64,000 nucleotides of DNA from Lama glama (Eukaryota). Below, one piece after another: positions 11,246 to 24,848 of this stretch. Under the pieces are notes generated by a model. That model saw only the letters and a program-made list of their open reading frames with translations, had not been told where the DNA came from and made no database searches. Both the position numbers and the translations under genes were made by a program. Numbering within the stretch: position 1 is the first letter of the stretch; every line of letters starts with the position of its first letter. Location: positions 21,764,001-21,828,000 of the forward strand of contig CM052818.1 of NCBI GenBank assembly GCA_028534125.1, written 5' to 3'.

Positions 11246-11922
11246 AAGTATAAAAGACAAATTCGCGACCCTGAGGAAACTGCATTAAAGTTAGGTGTGC
11301 TTTCCTAGAAGACCATGCAAGTCCTAAAATAATGTGATGATTAATTGTTTCCATTCAATCAGTGGTACAAATATTAAAGAGCCCTATGACTTATCTGACC
11401 AAATAACAAGATTTTTTTTCTTTTACACAAGGAAAATTATATGATTTCCTAATATTAGTTATTTTGTAGAGTGATTTAGAAGCAGTAGAATAAAATAATT
11501 GGTACAGAGGAATGAGCTATTAGTTTTTGGCCAAATTATTTAAAAAATGAGTAAGTCCCAATACCTAGCTCGTTGAATGCATCCAACAAGTGGTGCTGCT
11601 CATCATTATTAATTATGCAGATTGTGTGTTTTTTAAAAATCTAAAGAATTTAACTTTTATGTCTTGAAATTGCTCTATCTCTCAAACATATAATGAGAAT
11701 TTTCACAACAGGAGCTAATTTTTGAAAAGCAGTTACTATTTGGGGAACTAAAAAACATATGCAGAAATACCTATACTTTTAAAATATTTTTAAGTTATAA
11801 AAATGAATAACTTTTCATTATAAATCATTTGATTTTAAGTGTTCAATCATAAAAATGCAAAGAAAACTCTACATCATAGCAATACACTTTTATGACAGGA
11901 ATGCTCCATTTGACTTCTCCAC

Positions 11923-12023
11923 TTTTTTTTTTTTTTTTTTTTTTAGTAGAGGCACTGGGGATTGAACCTAGGACCTTGTGCATGCTAAACATGAGCTCTA
12001 CCCTAGAGATCTACCCAACCCCT
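11923..12023 (-). mobile_element. tRNA-Ala-derived SINE (vic-1 type), short form with pure poly(A)
   Basis: Same tRNA-like body followed directly by an A-run of about 22 nt; TSD-like acttctccac / acttcccac. Confidence 0.85.
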
Positions 12024-12149
12024 CCACTTCCCCACATTTTATTTAAAATAACAATAACAACAATAAGACTGCACCTCAAGAATATAGACACTAGAATCTT
12101 TAAAAAAATAATCTGGAATAATTGTCTGGTCTCTGGCAGGAGGATTTTT

Positions 12150-14780
12150 TTTTTTTAACAATAAAAGCAATCTTTTAAACAAAAGAAGATTGAATAAAAT
12201 TTTCTAATTTGTTATACCACAAGGCATACTAATTGAAGAGCATATGGCAAATTGGGAAATTGGTAATAAGGATGCCAAAGAACTTACATTTTTAACATTA
12301 AAGGTGTGTATATGTTGTTAGACATGTACACATATATGAAATTTCATGATACCAATTAAAAAAATATAAATATCCATAGAAACTTGGAAAAAAGAATGTA
12401 AACAGACATTTCACAGAAATCAACTCACTAATATTCGAGAAATAGGTAAGCATTTTCAATCACATTGGCAAAGAACTTCTAAAAAATAATAGTACGGGGA
12501 AGGATCCAGTGTTGACATCATAATTCTGGAAAGTAATTTGGCAATGTGTAGCATGAGTTTTAACATTTTCAGAGTAATAAATGATGCTAGCTCTACCAGA
12601 TTTTAAAATAATAACTCCAGAAAAATGAAGAGTTGATACTAAAGAGGGACAGGTCAAAAGATCAATTAAACAGATTGGAGTCATCAAAAGTAGACCCCTA
12701 TACAGAAGGAAATTAAGAATATGAAAAGCGAGGAAATTCGTGGGGAAAAGAAAGATTATTTAGTAAGTAATGTTGGACAATTGGCTAGCTATTTGGAAAA
12801 GAAAATAAAGCTATATAGGTTACCTTATTCTTTACATCAAAATAAGTTCCATGTGGATCACATTTAAAAGTAAAAAATAAAACTGTGAAAGTGTTAGACA
12901 GAAATCTGTGTATTTAAAAAATAATCTTGGAGTTGGAAAGTCTCTTTAAATATAATACAAAATACAAAACCTTGACCACATGAAGGAAAAGATGGATAAA
13001 TTTTATTCCAAAAATTAGAAACAAACAGAACAGTCCACAAAGATAAAAGGCAAGTGGCAAACCAGAAGAAAATATTCGTAACACGTATGACAAGTTAAAT
13101 TCCATGATATAGAAATTGATTATACAAATTAACACCAACAAATAGAAAAATAGACAAAAGATATGAACAGTTGACAGGAAAGAAATACAAGTGGTTAATA
13201 AACATAAAATATAAATTTCACTCAAAATTAAATAGAAACAAAAATTTAAAGGATATACTATTTTTAAACTATTATGGCAAAAATGAGAAATCTTGAAAAT
13301 ACCCAGCATCAAAAAATATATAGGGAACTGGCACTCTTATACATTTGTGGCAGGAATATAAATTAGTGTAACTTTTGTGTAGAACAGTTTGGGAGTGTAT
13401 ATTAAAATTATAAATTTCATAACCTTTGACTTAGAAATCACACTGCTAAAAATGTATCTTGATGATGTAATGAAGAAGATATATGTTCAAGAATGTATTA
13501 TAGGAAAGAACAAATCTGACTCCTTGTTGGGTCTGTTTCTTTTACTTTAACCTTTGTGTTCTATTGCTCTTGCTACAAGTTAATCACTAAAGGGATGTTG
13601 CCTATAATTTAAAGTATATATAATGGCCATCTCTGGGAACCCTGCCTCCCATGCCTGAGCCTTAAGCTACAATACCTTTCTTTAGCTCACTGAAAACATC
13701 CTGACCAGGCCCACCTATGAACGGCTGCAGGAAAGAAGAAATTAATACATCTCCTCCAGAGTCTGGCTGCAACCAGATCACATTTTTTACTTTACTTCCT
13801 CACATCACCCCCAACCCCCTGCCTTTGCTCTGTAAAAGAAGCTAGCAGCCAAACCTGGTCAAGGTGGTTCTTTGGGACACCAATTCACCACCTTCTTGGT
13901 CTGCTGGCTTTCTGAATAAAGTCACTATTTCTTGCCACAACAACTTGCCTCTCGATTTATTGGCCTGTCCTGAGGTGAGCAGTACAAGCTTGGACTCAAT
14001 AACAGATGTACACAGCGACAAAATTGGAAACAATCTATACAGAATCATTTAAATAAATCACAGCATATTCAGACAATGGAATACCAAGTAACTCCTATAA
14101 AGAGTGAGTTTATCTAGGCTGATAAGGAGAGTATGTATAATATCAGAAAAATGGCATATGCATTTGTGCATGCATGTTAGATTTCAGCTACTGGTTGCCT
14201 GGAGACTGAGAATAAGAGATGAGGATGATAATCTTTGGACTTTTACTTTTCACTTTACTCTGAATTATTTGTCCTCAGCATGTATGACTTTCATAATAAA
14301 GAGAGAGGAGAAAATGTTTATATCCTTTAACTCAGCAGTTCCACTTCTAAAACTCTACCTTAAGGAAATAATCTAGGGACAAAAATTTATGAATAATAAG
14401 GCTTATTAATTATGGTATTATTTATAATAGCAAATACTGGAGATAGCCAAAATGTTCAATGACACAAGACTAGCTAAGTAAATGATTATATATCAATATT
14501 ATAGAATATTAGTCATTGAGTATAGTATTAAAGACTTTTAACGACATGGAAGAAATCCATGTTAATGTGTTGAGTGGGGAAAATGCAGAATATAAAGTAG
14601 CTATCCCAATTATGTAAAGAAAAAATTTATCTATGTTTGGAAAGTCCTATTAGAAAATATGTTTAGATTGTTTATCTCTGGGTTCTAAGATTATGAGTGA
14701 TACTCATTTTGCTCTTTAAACTTTTCTGGATTTTTCTAATTTTTCTATAATAAATATGTACTACTGTTCCATTGGAAAAA
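12150..14780 (+). mobile_element. Degraded old L1 (L1ME-like) interrupted by an LTR
   Basis: A-rich ORF2/3'-like remnants (ggacaattggctagctatttggaaaa, ggaactggcactcttatac). Confidence 0.65.
13496..14004 (+). mobile_element. Solo ERV1-type LTR
   Basis: T(A)TTA...TAACA termini, internal TATA-like tgtaaaag, AATAAA at about 13915; 4-bp TSD aatg/gatg splitting the L1. Confidence 0.75.
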
Positions 14781-16344
14781 ATTAAGTTAGGGAACCCTGA
14801 GCTTGGAATCTACCTAGAACTTCCAGTCAGGCGGGAGATTTCGGCGTAAGGTGACTCCTCCTAGCATCAGCCACCCCAGAACTCGTAAACATCCCATACT
14901 CAGAAATCAACGGAAGAGAAAAAAGCAAACTCCCAAAAGCTGAAAGAAAACACAGATTCAATAAACGAGCATGAAGCGGTGGAGGGAAGAGTAAATTGAC
15001 CATAAACGGGAGAAGGTAGCCACAAAGTTAAAAATTGTGAGCAAGTACAAAGGTATCAGTGTTACTTTCAAGGAGACAGAAGGAAATGCTGATTGCAGAG
15101 AGCCAAGCACACTACCTGTTAACTTGCAAACATGAATAAGGAACAAGGGCACCGAGGAAGCTTTAAGAAATAACTGAGATAATCAGAACAAAGGATCAGC
15201 GATAATGAAATGAAGATAAACTCCCTCAGTAAATTCAAATCCCAAGTGAGTCAGTACTCAACCACGGTAATAAGCAAAGAAGAATGAAGTATCTAGAAAA
15301 CAGGTAATACAACAATGGGGGATATCACAGGACCCAGAAACGTCTTGCAGTTAAACAAACAAACATACAAAAAGCGGTAATCAATGGGGAAAAAAAGTAT
15401 TTTTATATTATATATATTTTAAAATGTATATATTAAAATTAATTAAACGAATTTTAAAGCCATCCAGTCACAAAAACTTCCACTCAGCAGCAAAACCACC
15501 AAAGTAACTTGCATCACGTAACATGTCAGATTAGTAAACATTTCAAACAGAAGGATTTTCCATATTGCATTTACCTGTTCACAGCCTCTGTGACCGGAGC
15601 ATAGAAGCTGCTGCATTGTCATCTTTAAGTTCCCAGCAGCTAGCTCAGTACCTGGTACATTATTAAATGAATAAAAGAAGAGTTATTTAAAGACAGATAG
15701 ACCTAACCCTATGCTGAAGAAAAAAGGAGGAGGAGGAGGAAGACGGGGAGCAGGAGGGGGAGAAAAAAAGAGAAAAAGTACATTCTGCACAAAAATGAAG
15801 ATTTTTATCTCTGAGCCAAATGTTCTTACCTTGATACACTTTCATGAGTGAAATTTTAAGTCAGAGAAAGTAAGATTCAAGCCTTCCTCCACCACTTGCT
15901 CTGTGCTTGATCTTAGACCAAATATTCTGTCAGACTCTATAACCTCAGCTGCAAAATTAATTTGGTTCTGGGGTTAAATTTTTAAGTATAGCTCAGAGTA
16001 AAATGTTTCTGAAAACAGTTCTAATTAGAAGGAAACAGAAAAATAGACGTAGCCCAGCTAGTGAGGAAAGTTCAACTTACATAACCATTGAAGTCAAAAG
16101 AAAATATTAAAACACATTTTACTGGAAGTTGAACCAAATAACAAAACAGCAAAAGAGTCATTTATGAGAACATGAAAATGTGACAAATGTCACAACAAAA
16201 CTTAACAATTTCTATAATCAATGCAAATACATAAAATCAAAAACTACATTCAATAAGAGATTAAAAGGGATTAAAGTCACTGAACAAAGGTACATTCCTG
16301 ATGGAATTAAAGAAGTACAAATTAAAAGATTATTAAGGACATGA

Positions 16345-16770
16345 TGGATTAAATGCATTAATAGCCCAATTAATGGCATCATTGTATCCCTGTAAATAAT
16401 GGCCTTTTGCCACATCATTCCTTCATCCCTTACCACACTGAGTCTGGACTTGCACACACAGCTTGCTTTGGCCAAGGGGACAAAAAGAAACTTGACAAAA
16501 AAGCAGCTTTAAAAAGTTCCCCTCTTCTAGACCACTGCCATCACCATGAGATGATGCCCAGGCTGGCCTGCTGCAGAATGTGGGAGATGTGGGAAGGAGT
16601 ATGGAAACTTCCCATACAGGGTCCTCTAGATTAGGCAGTCCCCAGGCAGCCAGCCAATTGACCACGGATGCTTGAGCGAGCCCAGCTGGGATCAGTGGAG
16701 TCTAGTCCAGGTCAGCCAAACTGTCCTATGAACAACTTTAGCATCATGAAAATTAATAAATGGTCTGGTT
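16345..16770 (+). mobile_element. MaLR (MLT1) LTR
   Basis: ttgctttggccaa...tgagcgagcccagctg...gatcag...aataaatgg pattern. Confidence 0.65.
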
Positions 16771-16789
16771 ACTTTCTGGCTTTGGCCTT

Positions 16790-19670
16790 TAAAAAACAGA
16801 TTTATTAAGGAATAGGTGACATGCAATAAACTGCACTCAAAATATACAATTTGATAAGTTTTAATGTGTATATACCCATGAAACCATCACATCAAAATAA
16901 TGAACATGTCTATCACCTGCAAAAGTGTCCTCCTGCCCCTCTGTACTCTTTCCCTCCTACCCTTCCCTACACCTCACCCTCATCTCCCCACCCCACTCCT
17001 GTCCCAGGCAACCACTCATCTGCCTTATTCACTATACATTAGTTTGCATTTTCTGGAATTTTATACAAATAGAATCATACATACAATATGTAATTTTTGT
17101 CTGATTTCTTTTACTCAGCACAATTATTTTGACATTTATCCATCTTGCATGTAATACTTCATTCTTATTAGCTAATAAGCTTTTTTAAAGAGAAAGTTGT
17201 AGTTTTACAGAAAAATTGAGCAGAAACTACAGAGACTACCCTATTTCCACAATTTATTAGCATCTTGCATCAGTGTGGTACATTTGATGTACAATTGAGG
17301 AATCAATATTGATACATTATTAATTAAAGTCCATAGTTTACATTAAGGTTCATTCTTTGCCTTGTATAGTTCTGAGGGTTTTGGCAAATGCATAATGTTA
17401 TGTATCTACTATTATCGTATCATATGGAATAATTTCACTTTCTTAAAAATATTCTGTGCTTCACATATTCAACCCTGCCTCCCTCCCTCTGAACTCTGAT
17501 CTTTTTACTGTCTCTGTAGTTTTGCCTTTTCTAGGATGTCATATAGTTGGAATAATATGGTATGAGCCTTCTCAGACTGGCTTCTTTCACTTATTAATAT
17601 ACATTTAAGTTTCTTTTATGTCTTTTTGTGGCTTAACAGATCATTTTTTAGTGCAAAATAATATTCTATTGTCTGGATGTACCACAGTTTGTTTATCCAT
17701 TTACCTATTGAAGGACATCATAGTTGCTTCCATAGTTTTGGCAAAGTTTTGGCAATTATGAATAAGACTACTATAAACCATGTGCAGGTTTTTGTGTAGA
17801 CCTAAATGTTCAGTACCAATACTTTTGGTAAATACCAAGGAGTAAAATTGCTGGATTGGGTGGTAAGACTCTTATTTTGCTTTGCAGGAAACTGCCAGAC
17901 AGTCTTCCAAAGTGGCTGTGCCATTTGACATGCCCACCAGCAGTGGGTGAGACTTCCTGTTGCTCCACTTTGGATATAAGTCAAACTAATTGGAGTAGAG
18001 TAGCATCTTGTTGTTTAGTTAATTCCTCTTTATCAGGGAGTAGTATTCCATTGTATGAATATACCACTGTTGATAACCAAACACTTGGGTATTTTCCCGA
18101 TTTTTACTGTTAGAAAATAAACTGCTGTGAATAATCATGTACAAGTCTTTGTAAGGATAGAGTTTTCTTTTCTTTTGGGTAAACATCTAGGAATGGGTGG
18201 CTGGGTCACATGGCAAGTGTACATTGTGTATGTTTAACTTTGTAAGAAACTGCCAAACTATTTCAGAAAGCGCTGGACCATTCTACATTACCGTCAGCAA
18301 TGTAGGAGGTCCTAGTTCTTTCACATATCTGCCAGTACTTACTACAGTGGTTATTTCATTGTGATTTTAATTTGTACATCCCTTTTGACTAATGATGCTG
18401 AGTACCTTTTCAGTGCTTATTTACCATCTGTGTATCTTTTTAGTGAAGCTGATGCTGGCAGTCAGCTAGCAGGTCTCGGTTCTCTCCGCAAGGATCTCTC
18501 CATGCAGCCTCTCTGCATTGGCTACTTTGGGCTTCCTCATAGCATTCTGGCTTGGTCCCCAAGGTGAATGTCTCAAATGAAGAGAGAAAGCAAGGCAGAC
18601 TGTATCCCTTTTGTGACCTAGCCTCAGAAGTCACATAGCATCTTTTTGACTATGTACCAAGCCCAGAGTCCATGTGTGAAGGGACTGGGAAGCTATAGGG
18701 CAAACAACATACAGGGAATCCATTAATTGGGCTTTTAATGCAATTAATCTATCATGCACCTTAATGCTTTTTTAAACTGTGGTTTAAAAAACACAAAAGA
18801 TATATCATCTTAACCATTTTTGAGTTCAAAATTCTCTACTGTTAAGTATATGCACATTGTTGTGAAACTGATCCCTAGAACTTTTTCATCTTGCAAATGT
18901 GAAACTCTATGCCCATTAAACAAACTTCTCGTTTTTCTCCCTATCCCCAGCTACTGGTAACCACCATTCTACTTTGAGTTTCCTTGAATTTGACTACCTT
19001 GATACCTCATATAAGTGGAACCACACAGTCTTTGACTTTTTGTGACATCATTTAGCATAATGTCCTCAGGGTTCACCCATGTTGTAGCATGTGATAGGAT
19101 TTCCTTCCTTTTTAAGACTGAATAGTATTCCATTGTATGTAAATACCACATTTGTTTATCCATTCATCCCTCAGACATTTGGGTTGCTTCCATCTTTTGG
19201 CTATTGTGAATAATGATGCTATGGACTGGTTGTGCAAATATGTCTTCAAAATCCTGCTTTTAATTCTTGTGGCTATATACCTAGAGGTAGGATTGTTGGG
19301 TCATACAGCAGTTCTGTTTTTAATTTTTTTGAGGAAATACCATACTGTTTTCCATAGTAGTTGTACCATTTTACATTCCCACCAACAGTGCACAAGGGTT
19401 ACAATTTTCCCACATAGTTGCCAGCACTCATCATTTTCTGTTTTTTGTTTTTGTTTTTGTTTTTGTCTTGAAAGTGGCCATCCTGATGGGCGTGAGGTGG
19501 TATCTCACTGTGGTTTTGATTTGCATTTCCCTGATAATGAGTGATGCTGGGCATCTTTCATGTGTGTATTGGCTTTTTGTATATCATCTTTGGAGAAATG
19601 TCTATTCAAGTCCTTTGCCCATTTTTAAAATCAGGTCATTCGATTTTTTGTTGTCGAATTGTAACGATGT
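16790..19670 (-). mobile_element. Stack of nested L1M 3' fragments with an MLT1 piece at about 18445-18750
   Basis: Repeated L1 antisense hallmarks (tatctcactgtggttttgatttgcatttccctgat, tagtattccattgtatg). Confidence 0.8.
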
Positions 19671-20649
19671 TTTGATTTGTATTTTCAACAGGCACTTACA
19701 ACATCAGGTGCAGCTCTGAGCTGGGTGCTTCAGCTTGATGAGAGGCAACTGTGTTTCTCAGACTCAAGTTTGTGATAATCACAGCTTGGGGATTTCTGTG
19801 GCCATTGTCAACCCAGAGCCACTTAATAGTAATACTTCATCACTATGCCTTCCTGGTGGCCAGTCCTCCACACGTTACAAAATAGAACAATGCACACACA
19901 AACAAAAAAGCCTAATTAGGTCCTCACTGGCCAACAATGTAATTGAATCCACAGTGTAATGGGCTGATTTATAAAGGGTTTTAACCTTGGGGTGTTTCCA
20001 TTCTTTACTGCTTTAAGACTTTGTTCTCCAAAACAGTCCAGAATCACAAAAGAAAGAGTAACACATATTTGGTCTTTGACAAAGTTCTATTGAGAAAGAT
20101 CACCCAACAGCTAAATGCCAAGTTACCTACCCTGTGACAAATATGTCAAATTCAGACACACTGAGCTGTTCTTTAAAACTTGTAATTACTAGCATTGATA
20201 GACACTGTACTGTCACAAATAGTCTTGATGCAAATTCAGAGAGCATGAGTCACATGCTACTTTTGAAATGCTACAGTCATCTGAGAACACTGAGTCTTAG
20301 AACTTCACTGGGACACAAACATCGTTCTCTGCTATCTACAGCTGCAGAAATGTGGTTCTTGGATGTTAAGCGAATTCTTCAATTCCCAGGCCAGACCCAG
20401 TACTCCTGGGGGAGCTTTAAGATTCCCTGACCTTTAATTGACACTCTCTGGACACGATCTGACTCAAAGCTAGGAAGTGTTCAGCATGATGTGGGCACTG
20501 GGTCGGGGTCTCTGAGAACATATATCAGAGGAACAAGTGCCAATATAGGTAGAAAAAACACAAACCATGACCTACTTTTGGGAAATCGCTTTACCCACGT
20601 CGAGGCATACATAAAACAATTGTGAATGTGTCTCTTTAAGATGAAGCCC

Positions 20650-20944
20650 GCTTAAATCTAAAAAAACCGCAAACCACGGAATATAACAAAAAAGAAGCAG
20701 ACACGTTGTAATCGACTGTACTTCAATTAAAAAAAAAGCAGCAGCAGCAGACTCACAGACATAGAGAACTCGTGGTCACCAGCGGGGAGGAGGGGCAACA
20801 TGGGGTGGGGGAGGCGGGAGGTACGAACTACTGGGCATAAGATAGGCTTAATGATGTATTGTACAACAGGGGGAATACAGCCAATATTCTGTAATGACTG
20901 TAAATGGAAAGTTACCTTTCAACATTGTATACAATTTTTTTTAA
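20650..20944 (+). mobile_element. Short L1 3' end with TSD and a nested micro-insertion
   Basis: TSD ATGAAGCCC at 20641-20649 and 20945-20953; L1 3' UTR text actcacagacatagagaac... Confidence 0.8.
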
Positions 20945-21467
20945 ATGAAGCCCTCCTATACTCAGATCATTAATATACTCAAAACACTCCTATTCCAACT
21001 GGTAAGCTGTCAGTGGCATCTCACTATAGAGAGAACAAACTCTAAACCTCTCAGCCTGAATGTCTAAGCTGTAAGCTATGCCCATACCACATTTCTAATC
21101 TTACTTCTCTCTTAGTATCTCCAAATCTGGACCTCCGCTCCAGTCAACCAGTGGTGCTCACCGTCCTCTCGTTGTAGGCCAGGAAGACCTTGTCTGGGAC
21201 ATTTGTTCCTGTCTCTCTTACAGGTCTGCCTTTCCCTCACCACCACCATCACTCCAGTGGACACTGATCTAGCCCTCCCAGAACTCCTGTGTGATTCATT
21301 TTTATGTACATCCTTAGAATGGCGTTTATTTGAATATATGACTTTATTTGGTTTCCCCACCCTAAACAACTGAGACTTGTACCTATTATTAAAGTGAGCA
21401 GTCCAGGGCTTGGCCCATGGTCAACACTCAGAATCTTGTTGGGGAAAGGACTTTGCAGAACATTTCT

Positions 21468-21632
21468 GGTAAGGCTTCTCACACTTTAATCTGCATATGA
21501 ATCTCTTGGACATCTTGTTAAAATGCAGATTCTGATTCAGAGAATTTTGGGTGAAGCCTGAGAGTCTGCATTTCTAAACACCTCCCTGGTGATGCCGGTG
21601 CCGTGGTACCTGGACCACACTTGCACGAGGCT
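21468..21632. mobile_element. MER5A-like hAT element
   Basis: ttgttaaaatgcagattctgattcag...ctgcatttctaa...ggtgatgc...ggaccacactt. Confidence 0.8.
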
Positions 21633-22218
21633 GCAATGGTGCACATAAGTGAGTGAAGCAGGCAAGGTGAGACGCGATAGAAAGTGGTGGGGATGGTGGA
21701 TGGTAGCAAACCAGGAGGCTCCTTCCCTCCCTCCCTCCCTCAAGGGTCAAGAGCCACTCAGCTCCAGCAACAAGGAAGAACCAAGACTGACACAGCTACT
21801 TCTCAGAGAAGCTGGAAATCTGTATTAATAGGTATAATTCCCCAAATTTTGTATGTGAGAAGTTCATTCAAATTTGTTTGATTGAGAGGATTTGAACAAC
21901 ATGCCCCTAATCTCTTTAAAGGTTCTCTGTGACTGAATAATACTGTCTTTGTTTTTTCTGAAGTTTTAACTTTCTTTCTAGACCAAGCTTTATCTACAGA
22001 CTGGAGTTGTTCAAATTAAAAAAATTTTTTTTACTTAAAAAAATAATCTATGGCCTAAACAACAAATATTCTACCTGCTAGTTTGTGTGTAGTTAGAAAA
22101 ATGATACTCAAATTTTGGGATTTTATAGGCAAGGAAAATCAAAAAAGAAAAAATTGGAAACAAAAATATGGTACCGATATTCTATCTTGCTCAATAAGGA
22201 TATTAAAAATAATCTAGG

Positions 22219-24848
22219 ATTCAGGCCAAGATGGCGGAATAGGAAGACCCCGAGCACAACAAAATTACAACTATTTATAGAGCAACTATGGATGAGAATC
22301 ACCTGAAGACTAGCAGAAAAGATCTTCCCCAGCTAAAGATCCAGAGAAAGAAAGAGACGGGTAGGAGGGGTGGAGACATGGTACAGTCAAGACCCGTAAC
22401 CCAGGGTAGGCGATCCACAGACGGGAGGATAATTACAATTGTAGAGGTTCTTCCCAAGGAGCGAGGGGTCTGAGCCCACGTTAGGCTCCCCAGCCTGGGG
22501 GTCCTGCACCTGGAAGACGAGCCCCCAGAGTGTTTGGCTTTGCAGCCAGCAGGGCTTACTTTCACAGAGGACTGTGGAAAGTAGAGTTTCCACTCTTAAA
22601 GGGCACACACAAAACCTCACATGCTTGAGGACTCAGGGAAGAAGCAGAAATTTGAAATGAGCCTGGGTCAGACCAATTTGTGGATCTTGGAGAGCCTCCT
22701 GGAGAGGCAGGAGACAAATGGGACTCACCCTGGGGACAAAGATGCTGGCAGCAACCATTTCTGGGATCTCATCCCACCACAAGGACACTGGTGCTGGCAG
22801 TTGCCATTTTGGAATCCTCCCTCTAGCTGACTAGTGCTGGGACCTGGTCCTGCCCACCAGTCAGTTGGCCCCAGTACGGGACACTCCAGGTCATGCAGAT
22901 AGCTGAGTGGGGACATGGCCATACCCACCAGCAGACTGACTGCCAAGAGCCCCCTGAACCCATCGTTTCCCTGAGACCTGCCTTGCCCACCAGAGGGACC
23001 ATGACCTGGCCCCACTCACTAGTGGGCCAGTATTAGCCTGGGACCAGTCTCACCCACCAGCGGGCCAACACCAACCCTGGGACCACAGAGCCCCATAGCC
23101 AGCCATGTCAAGGCCTGGCCTACCCACAAGCAAGCAAGCACCACCCTGGGATTTCCTGGGCCCCAGGTTTACCCAACAGTAGGCTGACACCAGCTCCAGG
23201 TCACCCTGGATCCCACAGCCAGCACTGGCAGGAACCAGCTCCACCCACCAGCAGGCTGACACCAGCTCCAGGATCCCTGACCCTGCAGCCAACCGACCTG
23301 GCACCTGGCTTGCCCATCAGTGGGCCAACACTAGCTACAGTAATCAAAACAGTACAGTATTCGCACAAAAACAGATACATACATCAATGGAACAGAATAG
23401 AGAGCCCAGAAATGAACCCACTTTCATATGGTCAATTAATCTATGACAAAGGAGGCAAGAATATACAATCAGGGAAAGACAGGCTCTTCAATAAACGGTG
23501 TTGGGAAAACTGGACAGCGACATACAAAAGAATCAAACTGGATTGCATTCTCATACCATATACAAAAATCAACTCAAAATAGATTAAAGACTTAAATGTA
23601 ATACCTGAAACATAAAAATTCTAGGAGAAAACATAGGCACTAAGCTCTTTGACATCAGTCTTAGCAATATTTCTGGTTGTCTCCTCAGACAAGGGAAACA
23701 AAAGCAAAAATAACCAAATGGGACATCAAACTAAAACGATTTTGCATAGAGAAGGAAATCAACAATTTTAAAAAGGCTTTCATCTACTGAATGGGAGAAG
23801 ATATGTGCAAACAATATATCCAACAAGAGGTTAATTTTAAAATATACCAAGAACTCATACAACTTGACATCAAAAAAATAAACAACCTGACTGAAAAATG
23901 GGAAGAGGACCTGAATAGACATTTTTCCAAAGAAGACATACAGATGGCCAACAGGCACATCAAAAAGATGCTCAGCATCACTAATCATCAGGGAAATGCA
24001 AATCAAAACCACAATGAGATGTCACCTCACATACGTCAGAATGGCTATTACCAAAAAGACAATAACAAGTGTTGGAGAGGATGTGGAGAAAAAGGAGCCC
24101 TCATGCACTACTGGTGGGAATGTAAATTGGTACAGCCATAATGGAAAACAGCATAGACATTCCCCAAGAAATTAAAAATAGAACTACCAAATGATCAAGC
24201 ATTTTCACTCCTGAGCATTTATCTGAAAAAAATTGAAGACACTAATTTAGAAAGATACATGCACCCCTATGTTCATTATTTACAACAGTCAAGCTATGGA
24301 AGCAATACCAGTGCCCATTAATAGATGAATGGATAAAGATGATGTGGTAGACACACACACACGACTTACCACTATGGTCACTTTGTAATATACAGAAATA
24401 CTGAATCACTATGTTGTATACCAGGAACGAACATAGTGTTGAAGGTGAATTATATTTTAAAAACAACAAACAAACCATAGAAAAAGAGATGAAATTTGTG
24501 GTTATCAGAGGCAGGATGTAGGCAGAGGGGGAATTGGGTGAAGAAATGCCAAAGGTACCAACTTCCAGTTATAAGATAAGTAAGTACTAGGGATGTAATG
24601 TACAATATTACATTTAACATTGCTGTATGTTATATATGAAAGTTGTTAAGAGACTAAATCATAAGCGTTCTCATCATAAGGAAAAAAATTTTTTTCTCTT
24701 TCTTCAACGTTGTATCCATGGATATTCACTAAACTTAATTGTGGTAATCATTTCATGACATATGTTAAGTCAAATCATTATGGTGTATACATTAAACTTA
24801 TACAGTGCTCTATGTCAATTACATTTTAATAAAACTCGAAGAAAAAAT
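22219..24848 (+). mobile_element. Internally deleted L1 (5' UTR joined to ORF2 3' end and an L1MA9-like tail)
   Basis: caagatggcgg 5' start, GC-rich repeats to about 23335, then ORF2 remnant (ATVIKTV...QWNRIESPE...CWENW), 3' UTR and aataaaac...gaagaaaaaa. Confidence 0.85.

Noticed and set aside
12914..13312. Hydrophobic 132-aa ORF
   Set aside because: Antisense reading of an A-rich L1 remnant.
19152..19719. Overlapping ORFs of 130 and 83 aa
   Set aside because: Typical L1 antisense translations.
22850..23335. Spaced GC-rich direct repeats, superficially array-like
   Set aside because: Degenerate tandem units of the L1 5' UTR; not CRISPR, as this is mammalian DNA with no constant repeat-spacer pattern.
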